A DNA stretch of 64,000 nucleotides from Minisyncoccia bacterium (GCA_038219305.1 JBBRJM010000001.1:3887-67886), one strand, 5' to 3'; shown: positions 39,355 through 51,470, counted from the first letter of the stretch. The notes: generated by a model not told the origin, from the letters alone. Numbers and translations are program-made.

Positions 39355-39921
39355 TTAGTATTTTCGAATAACAGCTTTGACAATACCAATAATTGTCAGA
39401 TTAAATTTTGGATAGATTGATTTGAAATTAGAGTTGGCAGGTTCAAGCCAAATTTTATCTCCAACTTTTTTAAAATATTTCATTGTAAATTCCCCATCAA
39501 CACTTGCAATAACAATCTGACCATCATTAGCTTTATTTGATTTCTCTACCAAGACCATATCGCCATCAGTAATGTGAGCATCAATCATCGAGTCACCATC
39601 AACTGTTAACATGTAGGAGTTTTCTTTTTTGGTAATGAGATATTCGTCAATGTTGATAGTTTCTTTTAATTCCTCTGAGACATCAGATGGGAAACCAGCT
39701 TTAACGGAACCAAGCATTGGGATAGAATCAAACGAAACATCAGCAATCAATCGTCCTAAATAATCTTTTGTGATAATTCCCTCTTCGATGAATTTATCAA
39801 CTAGTCGAGCGACAGAATTTTTTGATTTAAAACCGAATAATTTCATCATTTCAGAATATGTCGGCATTCGCCTGTCTCGGTTATAAAATGCTATTAATTT
39901 TTCTTTGTAATTATTATACAT
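39355..39921 (-). CDS. lexA: LexA repressor (S24 peptidase)
   Basis: N-terminal winged HTH. Cleavage-site region ...GSVKAG..., and the catalytic Ser (DGDSM) / Lys (KKVGDK) dyad. Confidence 0.8.
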   Translation of the reverse strand: MYNNYKEKLIAFYNRDRRMPTYSEMMKLFGFKSKNSVARLVDKFIEEGIITKDYLGRLIADVSFDSIPMLGSVKAGFPSDVSEELKETINIDEYLITKKENSYMLTVDGDSMIDAHITDGDMVLVEKSNKANDGQIVIASVDGEFTMKYFKKVGDKIWLEPANSNFKSIYPKFNLTIIGIVKAVIRKY

Positions 39922-39933
39922 AAAACTATTATA

Positions 39934-40164
39934 TTAGAGATTAGAAAATTGAGGAAGATTATTTAATAAATTAAGTATATTTCCCAAAAATCCTCGACGT
40001 TGGTGTTGACGAATTTTGTGAAGAAGTTCCTTGTGTTCACGAGCCTCTTTTGAATAATCTACTCCTTGCAAAATTTTCATATCAATTTTTTTATTGATAT
40101 TTTGAATCTCTCGGGCAATGATTTTTAAATATTGTTCTTTACTCATACGATTTAGCGAAATCAT
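39934..40164 (-). CDS. Small hypothetical protein (76 aa), the first gene of the LexA-box-controlled operon
   Basis: ORF immediately downstream of the SOS box. 12 bp upstream of lexA. Confidence 0.4.
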   Translation of the reverse strand: MISLNRMSKEQYLKIIAREIQNINKKIDMKILQGVDYSKEAREHKELLHKIRQHQRRGFLGNILNLLNNLPQFSNL

Positions 40165-40235
40165 GTCGCATTAACATCTTCTGAAATACGACGAATCTCG
40201 AAATTACTATTAATTAGTTGTATATATAGTATATG

Positions 40236-40253
40236 TGAACGAACGTTCACAGT
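40236..40253 (-). promoter_or_regulatory. LexA (Cheo/DinR-type) SOS box: GTGAACGAACGTTCAC
   Basis: Perfect palindrome containing GAAC-N4-GTTC, about 75 bp upstream of the small ORF/lexA operon. Confidence 0.7.
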
Positions 40254-40270
40254 CAAGAAATAAACTGTGG

Positions 40271-40494
40271 ATAACCCCCACACCTATATTTTTATCTCAG
40301 GTTAACACCTGCATAAAGGAATATAAAAATATAGGGGTGGAGGTAAACCCCCTACTACTTAATATCTCAGGTTAATACCTGCATAAAGGAATATAAAAAT
40401 ATAGGTGTGGAGGTAAACCCCCTACTACTTAATATCTCAGGTTAATACCTGCATAAAGGAATATAAAAATATAGGTGTGGAGGTAAACCCCCTT
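40271..40494. repeat. 3 x 70-bp near-identical tandem direct repeats, preceded by an inverted partial copy
   Basis: Unit tatctcaggttaa(c/t)acctgcataaaggaatataaaaatatagg(g/t)gtggaggtaaaccccctactacttaa. Each unit has an ACACCT...AGGTGT hairpin. 40271-40292 is the reverse complement of the unit's core. Confidence 0.85.
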
Positions 40495-40497
40495 AGA

Positions 40498-40530
40498 AAA
40501 GCCACGCACCATGCGTGGCTTTCTTTATTT
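40498..40530 (-). terminator. Rho-independent terminator for the 40529-41059 gene
   Basis: aaagccacgca-cca-tgcgtggcttt hairpin. T run on the minus strand. Confidence 0.6.
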
Positions 40531-41059
40531 AAAATAATGAATCAACTATATTCCAGGGAAGATTTGAAAATAAAATTACGACATAAAGTATAAAGAAAAT
40601 TATTGGAATATTTTTTTCAATAGAAGAAAGTTTGCGATATTTCTTGTTGTCTTGTCCTCGACCTAATAATTCCCATTCTGTTTTGTAAAGTGATAAAGGT
40701 AACTGTTCTTCGATTTCATGAATGACTTTGAATTTAGCTCGATTGGAATTTCGATATGTAATAATCATCTGGTACCAGCAATAACAAATTGCAATTCCTA
40801 CAAAAGGAGCGAAGAGAAAAATTATTGAATGATCCTCATTTACGTTTTTTGTTTCGAGATAACCAATGACTCCGATGATGGCTGTATTGAGCCCGAGAAA
40901 AAATTCGTTTGATTTATTTCGTCTATCATTACTGCTATTGAAAATAGATAAATAGGCTTTGTATTGTTCGAGATAGTGGTTTTCGTAGTTCTTGTCTTCG
41001 CCATCATTATAATGACCAGTCTTAGAATACAAAAGTTCATTTAATTTATTTTTTTCCAT
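40529..41059 (-). CDS. Hypothetical polytopic membrane protein
   Basis: 176 aa, 3-4 hydrophobic helices. Confidence 0.4.
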   Translation of the reverse strand: MEKNKLNELLYSKTGHYNDGEDKNYENHYLEQYKAYLSIFNSSNDRRNKSNEFFLGLNTAIIGVIGYLETKNVNEDHSIIFLFAPFVGIAICYCWYQMIITYRNSNRAKFKVIHEIEEQLPLSLYKTEWELLGRGQDNKKYRKLSSIEKNIPIIFFILYVVILFSNLPWNIVDSLF

Positions 41060-41116
41060 AAGAAATTTAAATTAATATTATATTCTGATAATAGCACAAT
41101 TTAACTAATTTGTCAA

Positions 41117-41833
41117 TTATTCCCTTTTATTCAAATAGTATTTTCTTTTTGCACTCGGTAAACGCTCAATAGCATAACGAAGCATATTCCTTGGCATATT
41201 TTTCCAGTGTTGATCTAAGAATTTCATCAATATACTCTCGTCTACCCTTTTCCCAACTTCGCGGAGCATCCATCCACAAGCCTTGTGAATAAGGTTTTGA
41301 GGGTCATTTAAGAGCATATAAGCTATATGAATTGTCCATTTAGACTGACCTTTATAGATAAATGCGAATGTTGAGATGATAGCAATACGCCTTTCCCAAA
41401 GATTCTTCGATTTAGCTAACTTAATAAGAATTATCGGTTCTTTATCAATCAAGTAATCCCCGAGGATATAATGAGCAGATAAATCGACTAAATCCCAGTT
41501 GTTTATATACTTAGTATTTTTTAAATAAAAATTGACTATTTTTTTCTGCTCACGCTTGTCACCATTTTTTTTGACTAAACGATATTGGTGAACTAATAAT
41601 AAGAGAGCTGTTAGTCTGACTTCATGGTACTTGCTACTAAGGAGCATTTGTATATCAGAGAGTAGTAAATCAGAATATTTTAGAGCAATAGATCTAGAAA
41701 CGGGTACTGTAATTCCTAAAAATATGTCCCCTTCTCCATATTGACCAATTCCCGTTTTAAAAAACCGCTGGAGAATTTTAGATTTCTCAGTATTTTTTTG
41801 GGAATATATTTCTTTTATAATTTTATTTATCAT
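41117..41833 (-). CDS. DNA alkylation repair protein (AlkD/AlkC-like HEAT-repeat glycosylase family)
   Basis: HEAT-like repeats with conserved W/R residues (WDLVD, WERR, ACGWMLRE) typical of the DNA_alkylation family. Confidence 0.6.
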   Translation of the reverse strand: MINKIIKEIYSQKNTEKSKILQRFFKTGIGQYGEGDIFLGITVPVSRSIALKYSDLLLSDIQMLLSSKYHEVRLTALLLLVHQYRLVKKNGDKREQKKIVNFYLKNTKYINNWDLVDLSAHYILGDYLIDKEPIILIKLAKSKNLWERRIAIISTFAFIYKGQSKWTIHIAYMLLNDPQNLIHKACGWMLREVGKRVDESILMKFLDQHWKNMPRNMLRYAIERLPSAKRKYYLNKRE

Positions 41834-41875
41834 ACAATTTTAAAATCATGTTGAAAAATATCTTAGAATAATACG

Positions 41876-42766
41876 CTAAACAAAAAATTCTTCAATCTTT
41901 CTAGTAGTGATATTTGGGAATAATTCTTTGGCACGATTATTCGTTATAATCATCTCATTTTTAAAACTATCTATCATGCACCTCCCCACTCTAGTTTCTT
42001 TCTTGGAATTATAAATTCCCAAAAATAATCCTGCAACTTTACCTGGTAGAATTGATAAGCGAAAAATTAACATTTTTTTATTTTTAAAGTTAGCATATCG
42101 TTTTATAAATTGCTCATAAGACATTTCTTCTTTACCTCCGATCTCTACTATTTCATTTTGAAATATTTTTTTACTAAGAGCTCCTACTAAATACGAGAGA
42201 ATGTCCGCCAATCCAATTGGTTGAGTTTTTGTAATAGCCCATTTTGGCAAGATTATAATTTTTGATTTGTTAACAATATTTTTTACAATTTCAAATGAAA
42301 TACTTCCTTCTCCAATAATCATCGAGGCTCTGAATTCAATAACAATCTTATTATATTTACGAAGGATTTCTCCAGTTTTGTGTCTACTTGAGAGATGTTT
42401 AGATAATTTCTCATTATCTCTCCCTAGTCCACCAAGATATATGACGCGACTAACTTGATTTTGTTTTAAAGCCTGACCTGTGACTTCTGCGGCAAAAGTT
42501 TCATTCTCGCTAAAATCATTTTTATTTGAAACCATCATATGGACAAGATAATACGCTACATCAACTCCAGAAAGAGCATTATCCATCTCTTCTTTATTCA
42601 AAACATCAGCTTTTATAATTTTAACTCTATTTACAAATTTATCTTCAATTTTAATATTCTCTATGTTGTGTGAAATAGCCGTAATATTGTGTTCCGTATT
42701 TTTTAGTAGATATTTTGTTAAATTTTTACCGATAAAACCGGATGCTCCAATAATTGCTATATTCAT
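41876..42766 (-). CDS. NAD(P)-binding Rossmann-fold protein (NmrA-like / NAD-dependent epimerase-dehydratase family)
   Basis: N-terminal IAIIGASGFIGKNL glycine-rich NAD(P) motif. Confidence 0.6.
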   Translation of the reverse strand: MNIAIIGASGFIGKNLTKYLLKNTEHNITAISHNIENIKIEDKFVNRVKIIKADVLNKEEMDNALSGVDVAYYLVHMMVSNKNDFSENETFAAEVTGQALKQNQVSRVIYLGGLGRDNEKLSKHLSSRHKTGEILRKYNKIVIEFRASMIIGEGSISFEIVKNIVNKSKIIILPKWAITKTQPIGLADILSYLVGALSKKIFQNEIVEIGGKEEMSYEQFIKRYANFKNKKMLIFRLSILPGKVAGLFLGIYNSKKETRVGRCMIDSFKNEMIITNNRAKELFPNITTRKIEEFFV

Positions 42767-42846
42767 GTAAATATTATATCACAATTGACTGTTTGTGAAA
42801 ATAATATTATAATAATAAAAAATGTAAACTACTAAAACTTTATATT

Positions 42847-43266
42847 ATGGAAAAATTTATTTATTTTTTTCTAATTTGTTTATTTTTCTTTTTTGCTCTA
42901 GCAAGCTTATTGTCAAATAAGTTTTGGAATAATACTAAAAAATTATTTTCGTATTTAACTTTTTTCAAAACATTTGAATTACGCGGTGAATTAACCGAAC
43001 CACCTTATGAAGAACTAGATGCAGAGTTCGATGAAATTGAATTTGTTCGGGGAATCGAAGACCCCGATGAGCCTGTTTTGGTCAAAAAAAGAAAAATAAG
43101 GCATTTTATATCATTTAAAATTAATGAGAAAGAACAAAAAAAGGAAATTCCATACAGTCTATTTGATAAGTTGGAAAATTCAAAAAAGACAAGTGGAAGT
43201 CCTTGCACCTTTACCTGCAGAAAATTCTTCTTTCAAAAAAAAATTTATGTACTTGATGTCTCTTGA
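42847..43266 (+). CDS. Hypothetical protein (N-terminal TM)
   Basis: 139 aa, hydrophobic N-terminus. Confidence 0.3.
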   Translation: MEKFIYFFLICLFFFFALASLLSNKFWNNTKKLFSYLTFFKTFELRGELTEPPYEELDAEFDEIEFVRGIEDPDEPVLVKKRKIRHFISFKINEKEQKKEIPYSLFDKLENSKKTSGSPCTFTCRKFFFQKKIYVLDVS

Positions 43267-43365
43267 TAAACTAAAATCCCCCAGAGAAATTCTGGGGATT
43301 TAATTTGACAAAATAATTATAAAGTATTATAAATACTAAAACGTTAAACCTTTAAAATTAAAAGT

Positions 43366-43887
43366 ATGAAAGAATTAATTGGAACCCTGATTTTAGTTCT
43401 TCTCATTGTTTTTTCTTTTGGGAAGTACTTCGTAAATGTATTTTTGTGGGCTTTTGTTCCACAAAAAATAAAGATTAGCGGCAAAATAGTCGCGCTTAAA
43501 GAGAAAGTATTTGAATACTACACTCCTCAAGACCGTGAACCAAATTTGTCTTTTATTGGGACTGGCTATGGTGATTCAAGTAATAATCTCGATCCCATAG
43601 CTTCGGCTTTTATTTTAGATAAATTTTTTCCGCAGTTATTTGAAACACCCCTTCCTGTAAAAGAATCTGATTTGTCTTCAGGAATTAGTAATCAAACTAG
43701 TTTACTAAAAATAAGGATATCGGAATACTATATCAGGGTAATGTATTTAGGGAAAAAATACACAATCAATGTTACAGCTTCTCTTTTTTCAAAAATAAAA
43801 AAACGCAAAGAAGAAGGAATATTTGATATTTCTTTAATCATCGAAAAAAGTTGTATGGATTGTTTCTACGATGTCGTGTCTGAATAA
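43366..43887 (+). CDS. Hypothetical protein (N-terminal TM/signal)
   Basis: 173 aa, hydrophobic N-terminus. Confidence 0.35.
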   Translation: MKELIGTLILVLLIVFSFGKYFVNVFLWAFVPQKIKISGKIVALKEKVFEYYTPQDREPNLSFIGTGYGDSSNNLDPIASAFILDKFFPQLFETPLPVKESDLSSGISNQTSLLKIRISEYYIRVMYLGKKYTINVTASLFSKIKKRKEEGIFDISLIIEKSCMDCFYDVVSE

Positions 43888-43940
43888 AATAAAAAAAAGC
43901 CTGTCAGAATCTTTGTATTCTGACAGGCTTTTTATTTGAT

Positions 43941-44387
43941 TTATTTTCTATATTTTCTATTTCTCCATTTATCAGCAATTTTAACCCGGTTAAGCGATCG
44001 CTCAAGTTCTGTTTCAAAGTGTTCAAAGTCAACCACTTCTTTATTGAGGGCTAATTTACGTAATTCTTCAGCTTTAGCCTTGGCTTTTTCAATCAATTCA
44101 TCAGTAAGTTCCGCCACATGCATAGCATAATCAGCCAAGATGGCCACTTCTGTCATACCCTCATCATTATTTTTGACTTCAACAAATCCTCCAACGACAG
44201 CAATCGGCACATATTCGCCATTTACTTGCGAAACAATATCGCCTGTTGCAATTTGAGCAATGAGTGGAATATGATTTGCTAAGATCGTAATCTCTCCCTC
44301 TTTTGTCGGTAGCGTAACAGCCTCGACTAATTCCTCTAGAATTAATTTCTCGGGTGTGACTATTTTAAGTTTTAATAGTTTTGACAT
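43941..44387 (-). CDS. atpC: F0F1 ATP synthase subunit epsilon
   Basis: Beta-sandwich N-domain plus C-terminal helices. Last gene of the atp operon. Confidence 0.8.
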   Translation of the reverse strand: MSKLLKLKIVTPEKLILEELVEAVTLPTKEGEITILANHIPLIAQIATGDIVSQVNGEYVPIAVVGGFVEVKNNDEGMTEVAILADYAMHVAELTDELIEKAKAKAEELRKLALNKEVVDFEHFETELERSLNRVKIADKWRNRKYRK

Positions 44388-44399
44388 AAATTAGTTTAA

Positions 44400-44464
44400 A
44401 AGTTATCAGGTTTATAAAGTTATCAGGTTTATAAAGTTATAAAAAAATTTTCTTTATAACTTTA
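44400..44464. repeat. 2 x 17-bp tandem repeat (aagttatcaggtttata) followed by a 13-bp-arm palindrome, between atpD and atpC
   Basis: Read directly from the sequence. Palindrome ataaagttataaa...tttataactttat. Confidence 0.7.
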
Positions 44465-44481
44465 TGACTTTCAACTTTTAA

Positions 44482-45855
<1,374 letters not shown>

Positions 45856-45967
45856 TTATTTTATGAAAAAATGTCTGGCTCCTCATCCTTCCTCATCCGA
45901 GGACTTTTTTCAGAATATAATTTGTGAAGCTTTTTACTAATAATTTTTTAATAATGTTAATAATAAT

Positions 45968-46927
45968 TTAATTAATACTGGCCATTCCCGCACTAATTTC
46001 TGATATCTCTTGTGTAATGCTTGCCTGACGCTCTTTGTTAAAGACTAAGGTTAAGTCATTGATCATTTCTCCAGCGGCTTCGGAAGCATTTTTCATAGCC
46101 ATCATGCGTGATGATTGTTCAGAGGCATTCGATTCGAGTATCATATGATATATTTGCATCCGAACTAATTTCTCAGCTAATGATTCAACAATTGTGTTAA
46201 TGTTTCCTTCAAAGATGTATGGGACTTTATTTTTATTATCTACTTTTATTTCACCATGACTTTCTTCTCCTAGATTTTCAATTAAATCTTTCAGGTCTTC
46301 CTTTGCGATAGGAAGAATTTGTTTAACGTGAGCTTTCTGATTTAGAGCGGAAATAAAATCTGTATAAGCAATATAAACTTTCTCATATTTACCAACTTTG
46401 AATTCGTCTATAATTATTTTTGAAAGTGGCAGAATGTCAGATAGGTTGCTATTGTCAGGTAATTCTAGAAATGAAGCAATGACATTTTGCCCAATCCTTC
46501 TCATTGCGTGATCCCCTTTTTTCCCGACAGTTATAATATCAACCATGTCTAGGTCCGATCCGGACAACTGTCCAGGTTGGACATGGACAGCCTCTTTTAA
46601 AGAAGAAATAGCTTTTTTAATAATTTGAGAATTATAAGAACCACAGAGTCCTCCATTTGAGGTAATTAAAACAAAGAGAGTTTTCTGATTATCTTTATTT
46701 TTTGAAGTTTTAGAATGACCACTAAAGTATGGTTGTTCAATTCCTTCAAGTCTTTCAGATAATGAAGTCAAAAGTTCCCAAGAATAATTTGCATAAAGTC
46801 TGGATGAGACCGCTTTAGAGATTGCCCTCTTCATCTTCGAAGCCGCCACGAGCTCCATAGCTTTCGTGATTTTTTTTGTGTTCTTCACACTTTTTATTCT
46901 TTGTTTAATCTCCTTAGTGCCCGCCAT
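45968..46927 (-). CDS. atpG: F0F1 ATP synthase subunit gamma
   Basis: Gamma N/C-terminal helices (MAGTKEIKQRIKSV...). 319 aa. Confidence 0.8.
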   Translation of the reverse strand: MAGTKEIKQRIKSVKNTKKITKAMELVAASKMKRAISKAVSSRLYANYSWELLTSLSERLEGIEQPYFSGHSKTSKNKDNQKTLFVLITSNGGLCGSYNSQIIKKAISSLKEAVHVQPGQLSGSDLDMVDIITVGKKGDHAMRRIGQNVIASFLELPDNSNLSDILPLSKIIIDEFKVGKYEKVYIAYTDFISALNQKAHVKQILPIAKEDLKDLIENLGEESHGEIKVDNKNKVPYIFEGNINTIVESLAEKLVRMQIYHMILESNASEQSSRMMAMKNASEAAGEMINDLTLVFNKERQASITQEISEISAGMASIN

Positions 46928-47108
46928 ATATTTATTTAATGATATTAATCTCTATTTATTGATAAACTCTATTTTTTCAACTTCTCGCCCCGTAGTAAAT
47001 TTTAAATGCATTCGATTTAAAATTTTACTTCTGGGGTTTCTTTAGTGCCCGCCATATGGGTTAGTTTCTAGTAGCTAGGTTTCTAGTCACTAGAAAATAT
47101 TAATTATT

Positions 47109-48614
47109 TTATTTATTAAAACTTATTACAAATTCTTCGATTGCTTTCTTTAATTCAGCTTCGCCAATATCTGTCCACATTCTTGACTCTGAAACTTCTT
47201 TGTAGAAATTTTTAGCATTCCTTGTTGCATATTCAGACAGGCCTGTTTCGAATTCTTTAACCTTATCAATTTTTACTTCATCAATATATCCATTTATTAA
47301 AGCATAGAGAACAACAATTTGATCAATTGTATTAACGGGAGAATATTGTGGTTGTTTGAGAACTTCAACTGCTCTTCTACCTCTCTCTAGTTGGCGCTTT
47401 GTTCCTTCATCAAGATCAGAACCAAATTGTGAGAAAGCTTCGAGTTCACGGAATTGGGCAAGGTCTAGTTTGATTTTCCCTGCCACTTTCTTCATCGCCT
47501 TAATCTGAGCATTTCCTCCAACTCGAGAAACGGAAAGTCCGACGTTCACAGCGGGACGAATTCCCTTATAGAACAAATCAGTTTCTAAAAATATTTGACC
47601 ATCAGTAATTGAAATAACGTTTGTAGGAATATAAGCAGAGACGTCACCCGCTTGAGTCTCGATAATAGGAAGCGCAGTAATTGATCCTCCTCCATATTCT
47701 TTATTTCTTCGGCAGGCACGTTCTAATAATCGAGAGTGAAGATAGAAAACATCTCCAGGATAAGCTTCACGGCCTGGTGGACGACGAAGTAAAAGTGAGA
47801 TTTCTCGATAAGCCACAGCGTGTTTAGAAAGATCATCATAAATAATTAAAACATCTTTTCCTTGATCCATGAAAAATTCAGCAATTGAAACTCCAGTATA
47901 AGGTGCGATATAAGCAAGGGCGGCAGGTTCTGAGGCTCCAGCAGAAACTATTATGGTATAATCCATAGCTCCGCCATCTCTTAATCTAGTTTCTATTTTT
48001 CGAAGTTTCGAATCTTTTTGACCAATCGAAACGTAAACACAAATCATATCTTGACCTTTTTGGTTTAAGATAGCATCAATCGCAATAGCAGTTTTCCCTG
48101 TTTGGCGGTCTCCAATAATAAGCTCACGTTGACCACGACCAATTGGAATAAGTGCATCAATTGCTTTAATCCCAGTTTGGACTGGTTGATCAACTGATAA
48201 TCGTGTAATAACTCCAGGTGCAACTTTTTCAATTGGATTTCTTTTGTCTGTTTTAATTTCACCTTTACCATCGATTGGTTCACCGAGCGCATTTAAGACA
48301 CGACCTATTTGTTTATCAGAAACTGGAACAGAGAGAATTTGACCGGTTGACTTAACTTCCTCTCCTTCATGAATTTTCGTAAAATCACCCAGTATAATAA
48401 TACCGACAGTATCTTCTTCAAGGTTTAAGGCAACTCCCATAGAACCACTTGCAAATGAGACCATTTCTGAAGCTTTCAAATCAACCAATCCTGAGACCTT
48501 GGCAATACCATCAAATATCTCAACAACATGCCCAACTTTTTCTACTTTAGTTTCAGCTTGAAATTTTTCGATTTGTTTTCTTAAATTTTCTACGATGTGG
48601 TTTTTTGTAGTCAT
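47109..48614 (-). CDS. atpA: F0F1 ATP synthase subunit alpha
   Basis: Walker A GDRQTGKT, 501 aa. Confidence 0.9.
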   Translation of the reverse strand: MTTKNHIVENLRKQIEKFQAETKVEKVGHVVEIFDGIAKVSGLVDLKASEMVSFASGSMGVALNLEEDTVGIIILGDFTKIHEGEEVKSTGQILSVPVSDKQIGRVLNALGEPIDGKGEIKTDKRNPIEKVAPGVITRLSVDQPVQTGIKAIDALIPIGRGQRELIIGDRQTGKTAIAIDAILNQKGQDMICVYVSIGQKDSKLRKIETRLRDGGAMDYTIIVSAGASEPAALAYIAPYTGVSIAEFFMDQGKDVLIIYDDLSKHAVAYREISLLLRRPPGREAYPGDVFYLHSRLLERACRRNKEYGGGSITALPIIETQAGDVSAYIPTNVISITDGQIFLETDLFYKGIRPAVNVGLSVSRVGGNAQIKAMKKVAGKIKLDLAQFRELEAFSQFGSDLDEGTKRQLERGRRAVEVLKQPQYSPVNTIDQIVVLYALINGYIDEVKIDKVKEFETGLSEYATRNAKNFYKEVSESRMWTDIGEAELKKAIEEFVISFNK

Positions 48615-48657
48615 ATGATTTTGCGAATCATGTCGCGTAGGTCGCTTTAGAGCGACG

Positions 48658-49065
48658 TTAGTTTGTTATTAAATAATTTTGTAATTGATGGATCTTGTTT
48701 GAAAGTGTGGTATCTATTATTTCATCTCCAATTTCTATTTTTACTCCACCGAGCAATTTTGGATCTTCTTTTAATTCAACAATAACTTCTTTGGCCTGAT
48801 ATTTTTTTTTAATAAATGCTTCAATCTCATTTTGTAAATCTTTTTTTATTTTAGAACTTGTACTAACTTGAGCTTTAATTACACCTTCTTCTTTATTTAT
48901 GATTTTCTCTAATATTTTTAACAGCTCATCACTTTTGCCCAATAAATTTTTATCTCTTAAATATATAACCGTATTTTCGATTATAGTATCTAAAGATTTT
49001 CCATCCTTATCACAGGAGGATTCATATATTGCTTCAGCTAAATTTTTAATTGAAATACTTGCCAT
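48658..49065 (-). CDS. atpH: F0F1 ATP synthase subunit delta (OSCP)
   Basis: Position and size (135 aa; short for delta). Confidence 0.55.
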   Translation of the reverse strand: MASISIKNLAEAIYESSCDKDGKSLDTIIENTVIYLRDKNLLGKSDELLKILEKIINKEEGVIKAQVSTSSKIKKDLQNEIEAFIKKKYQAKEVIVELKEDPKLLGGVKIEIGDEIIDTTLSNKIHQLQNYLITN

Positions 49066-49069
49066 ATAA

Positions 49070-49561
49070 TTATATTTTCTTAATTTGTTCTATTGTTTTT
49101 TGATCATAACTCACATCTTTGTGTGATTCGAGTAATTTCTCTGTTGCTAAAACAACAAGTGATACAATTTCATTCTTGGCTTCTCCAACCATTTTAATTT
49201 TTTCTGATTCAAGAACTTTCTTGCCGTTTAAAACAATTTTATCAACTTCATTCTTTGCATCTTCGAGCATTTCTTTCTTTTTATTTTCAGCTTCTTTTTT
49301 ACCTTCCTGGAATATTAAATGAGCTTCTGTACGAGCTCTCATTATAACATCATCATATTCTTTCTTTGTATTTTTAAGTAATTGTGCATTAACTATAGCG
49401 TCGTTTAATCCCCCTGCTATGTGTTCAGATCTTTCCGCCATCATTTTTTTAAGAGGTTTGACAATTAAGAAGTATAGCACCGCCAAGACAACAACAAAGT
49501 TTATACTTTGAGCAATAATGATTTTCCAATCTATGTGAAATGTTGTGATAAATGATTCCAT
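49070..49561 (-). CDS. atpF: F0F1 ATP synthase subunit b
   Basis: N-terminal TM plus a long charged helix. Confidence 0.7.
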   Translation of the reverse strand: MESFITTFHIDWKIIIAQSINFVVVLAVLYFLIVKPLKKMMAERSEHIAGGLNDAIVNAQLLKNTKKEYDDVIMRARTEAHLIFQEGKKEAENKKKEMLEDAKNEVDKIVLNGKKVLESEKIKMVGEAKNEIVSLVVLATEKLLESHKDVSYDQKTIEQIKKI

Positions 49562-49673
49562 AAAATTAGTTTCTAGTAAATTAATGATTAGTTTTTAGTA
49601 ATATTTTTGTAATTTAATTTGGTGCCTGCCCCTAGGCACTAGCTTCTGCTAGAACCTAGAAACTGGAACCTAA

Positions 49674-49925
<252 letters not shown>

Positions 49926-49947
49926 TTAATAATGATTGACCTTTATA

Positions 49948-50895
49948 TTAATGTGCCCCACTCAACTCCACTTCTTTATTATGCTCTTTCTCGTCATGTT
50001 CCTCATGGTCCATGCTTGAAATCGTATAATAAACAAGGGTTAAAATGGCAAAAATAAAAGCTTGAATGACTCCCACTAATACTTCTAATAGTAAAAATGG
50101 TGTTGGAAGGATAAAAGCGATGATTGCTCCCATAGAAGCAAGGAGCACTTCCCCAGCGAAAACGTTTCCAAAGAGACGGAATGAGAGCGAAGCTACTTTA
50201 GCAAACTCTCCAACTAATTCCAAGAAACCAACAGCAAACATTACTGGAGCTGTCATTAGGATTAGTGGATCCTTCCGAACTTTTGTAAAAATACTGCCAA
50301 GCGCTTTTAGATTAACATATTTATTTATTGTTTTCCAGAGACCGATTGAAATAATACCAAAAATATTTGCCCCAATAACAGACATAATCGCAAGTGGCAG
50401 AGTTCCATTGATATCGGCTGTACCTGATCTAAATAGAGGGATGAACATTTTTCCATGTTCTCCGACTTCAATAAGTCCAAAACCTCCGAGTGGAAGAATT
50501 CCCATCCAGTTGTTAAGTAGGACAAACATAAAAATTGCAAATACTATAGGGAATGCTTTATTGGTGATTATGCGGCTACTTGTTACTTGATCACAAAGTG
50601 AATGGGCCTCTTCAATAATTATCTCAAATAAATTTTGAATACCTTTTGGAATTTTTCTAATACTAATACGAACAATAATAGAAACAACAATAAGAATAAA
50701 AACTACTATCCAGCTGGTAAAAAGAGAATTTGTAACAGTAAAAGAGCCGAAATGAGCGATTGGTTCAGCAAATAATGTTGATTCAGTTTTGATCTCTTCG
50801 TTTACAGGTATTAATTCAACTTCTTTCATGTCAGTGATTAAAGAATGTTGTTCACTTGTTATATTTAGTTCATCTTGAGTAATTACGGTAGTCAT
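49948..50895 (-). CDS. atpB: F0F1 ATP synthase subunit a, with an extended N-terminus
   Basis: C-terminal helix with the conserved Arg (LSFRLFGN). Confidence 0.8.
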   Translation of the reverse strand: MTTVITQDELNITSEQHSLITDMKEVELIPVNEEIKTESTLFAEPIAHFGSFTVTNSLFTSWIVVFILIVVSIIVRISIRKIPKGIQNLFEIIIEEAHSLCDQVTSSRIITNKAFPIVFAIFMFVLLNNWMGILPLGGFGLIEVGEHGKMFIPLFRSGTADINGTLPLAIMSVIGANIFGIISIGLWKTINKYVNLKALGSIFTKVRKDPLILMTAPVMFAVGFLELVGEFAKVASLSFRLFGNVFAGEVLLASMGAIIAFILPTPFLLLEVLVGVIQAFIFAILTLVYYTISSMDHEEHDEKEHNKEVELSGAH

Positions 50896-50902
50896 AAATT
50901 AT

Positions 50903-51166
50903 TTAAATTCTTTTATTATCTTCTTTCTCAATTTTCTTTTTGTATATTTTCATTTCTTTCCAGATAAGATATATTGTCGAGGCAAAGGCAATTACAATTG
51001 ATATATAAAAAAATAAATTATTTTTATTGTATTTTTCGTCTAAAAATTTTCCTATATATGAGGCTACTATTATAGGTACAGCAATATATGCTGAAACTTT
51101 TGTAAAGATAATTACACCATCTCTCCACCATGGAGCAACTGTATTTGTTTTTTCTTTATTATCCAT
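50903..51166 (-). CDS. Small 2-TM protein upstream of atpB (AtpI/AtpZ-like position)
   Basis: 87 aa, two hydrophobic helices. Positional inference. Confidence 0.35.
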   Translation of the reverse strand: MDNKEKTNTVAPWWRDGVIIFTKVSAYIAVPIIVASYIGKFLDEKYNKNNLFFYISIVIAFASTIYLIWKEMKIYKKKIEKEDNKRI

Positions 51167-51188
51167 ATATAAAAGGCTAAAAAAGCCT

Positions 51189-51354
51189 TTGTGCGTGTGC
51201 TTGGATCGCGAGTACGCTTATCTCGCCTTACGGTCGCGGGTGCTTTTCAATCTTCGATAATGAAAAGCCTTCCGATTCCAAGGCGTAAGCAAAGAAGTTT
51301 GCTTACTCAACCCGCTGTGCGTGTGCTTGGAATCGGACCAAGGACCTCTGTCTT
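51189..51354 (-). repeat. Partial direct copies of the tRNA-Ile 3' region plus the conserved tRNA-associated module
   Basis: 51317-51354 is a copy of the anticodon-stem-to-3'-end part of tRNA-Ile. 51189-51226 (minus strand) reads GGCGAGATAAGCGTACTCGCGATCCAAGCACACGCACA. 51263-51286 holds a 12-nt inverted T-arm copy. Confidence 0.7.
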
Positions 51355-51398
51355 TTAAACAGTAACGAGTTGCAAAATGAAAAAATTACTGCGCTGGG

Positions 51399-51470
51399 TG
51401 CGTGTGCTTGGAATCGGACCAAGGACCTCTGTCTTATCAGGACAGCGTTCTACCACTGAACTACACACGC
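51399..51470 (-). tRNA. tRNA-Ile (anticodon GAU)
   Basis: Hand-folded cloverleaf: acceptor GCGTGTG/CACACGC, D-arm GTTC-AGTGGTA-GAAC, anticodon stem CTGTC/GACAG with loop CTGATAA, T-arm CTTGG-TCCGATT-CCAAG, discriminator A. Confidence 0.75.

Noticed and set aside
40294-40494. Possible CRISPR array
   Set aside because: The three 70-bp units are directly abutting with no unique spacers, the unit is far longer than a CRISPR repeat, and there are no cas genes in the window.
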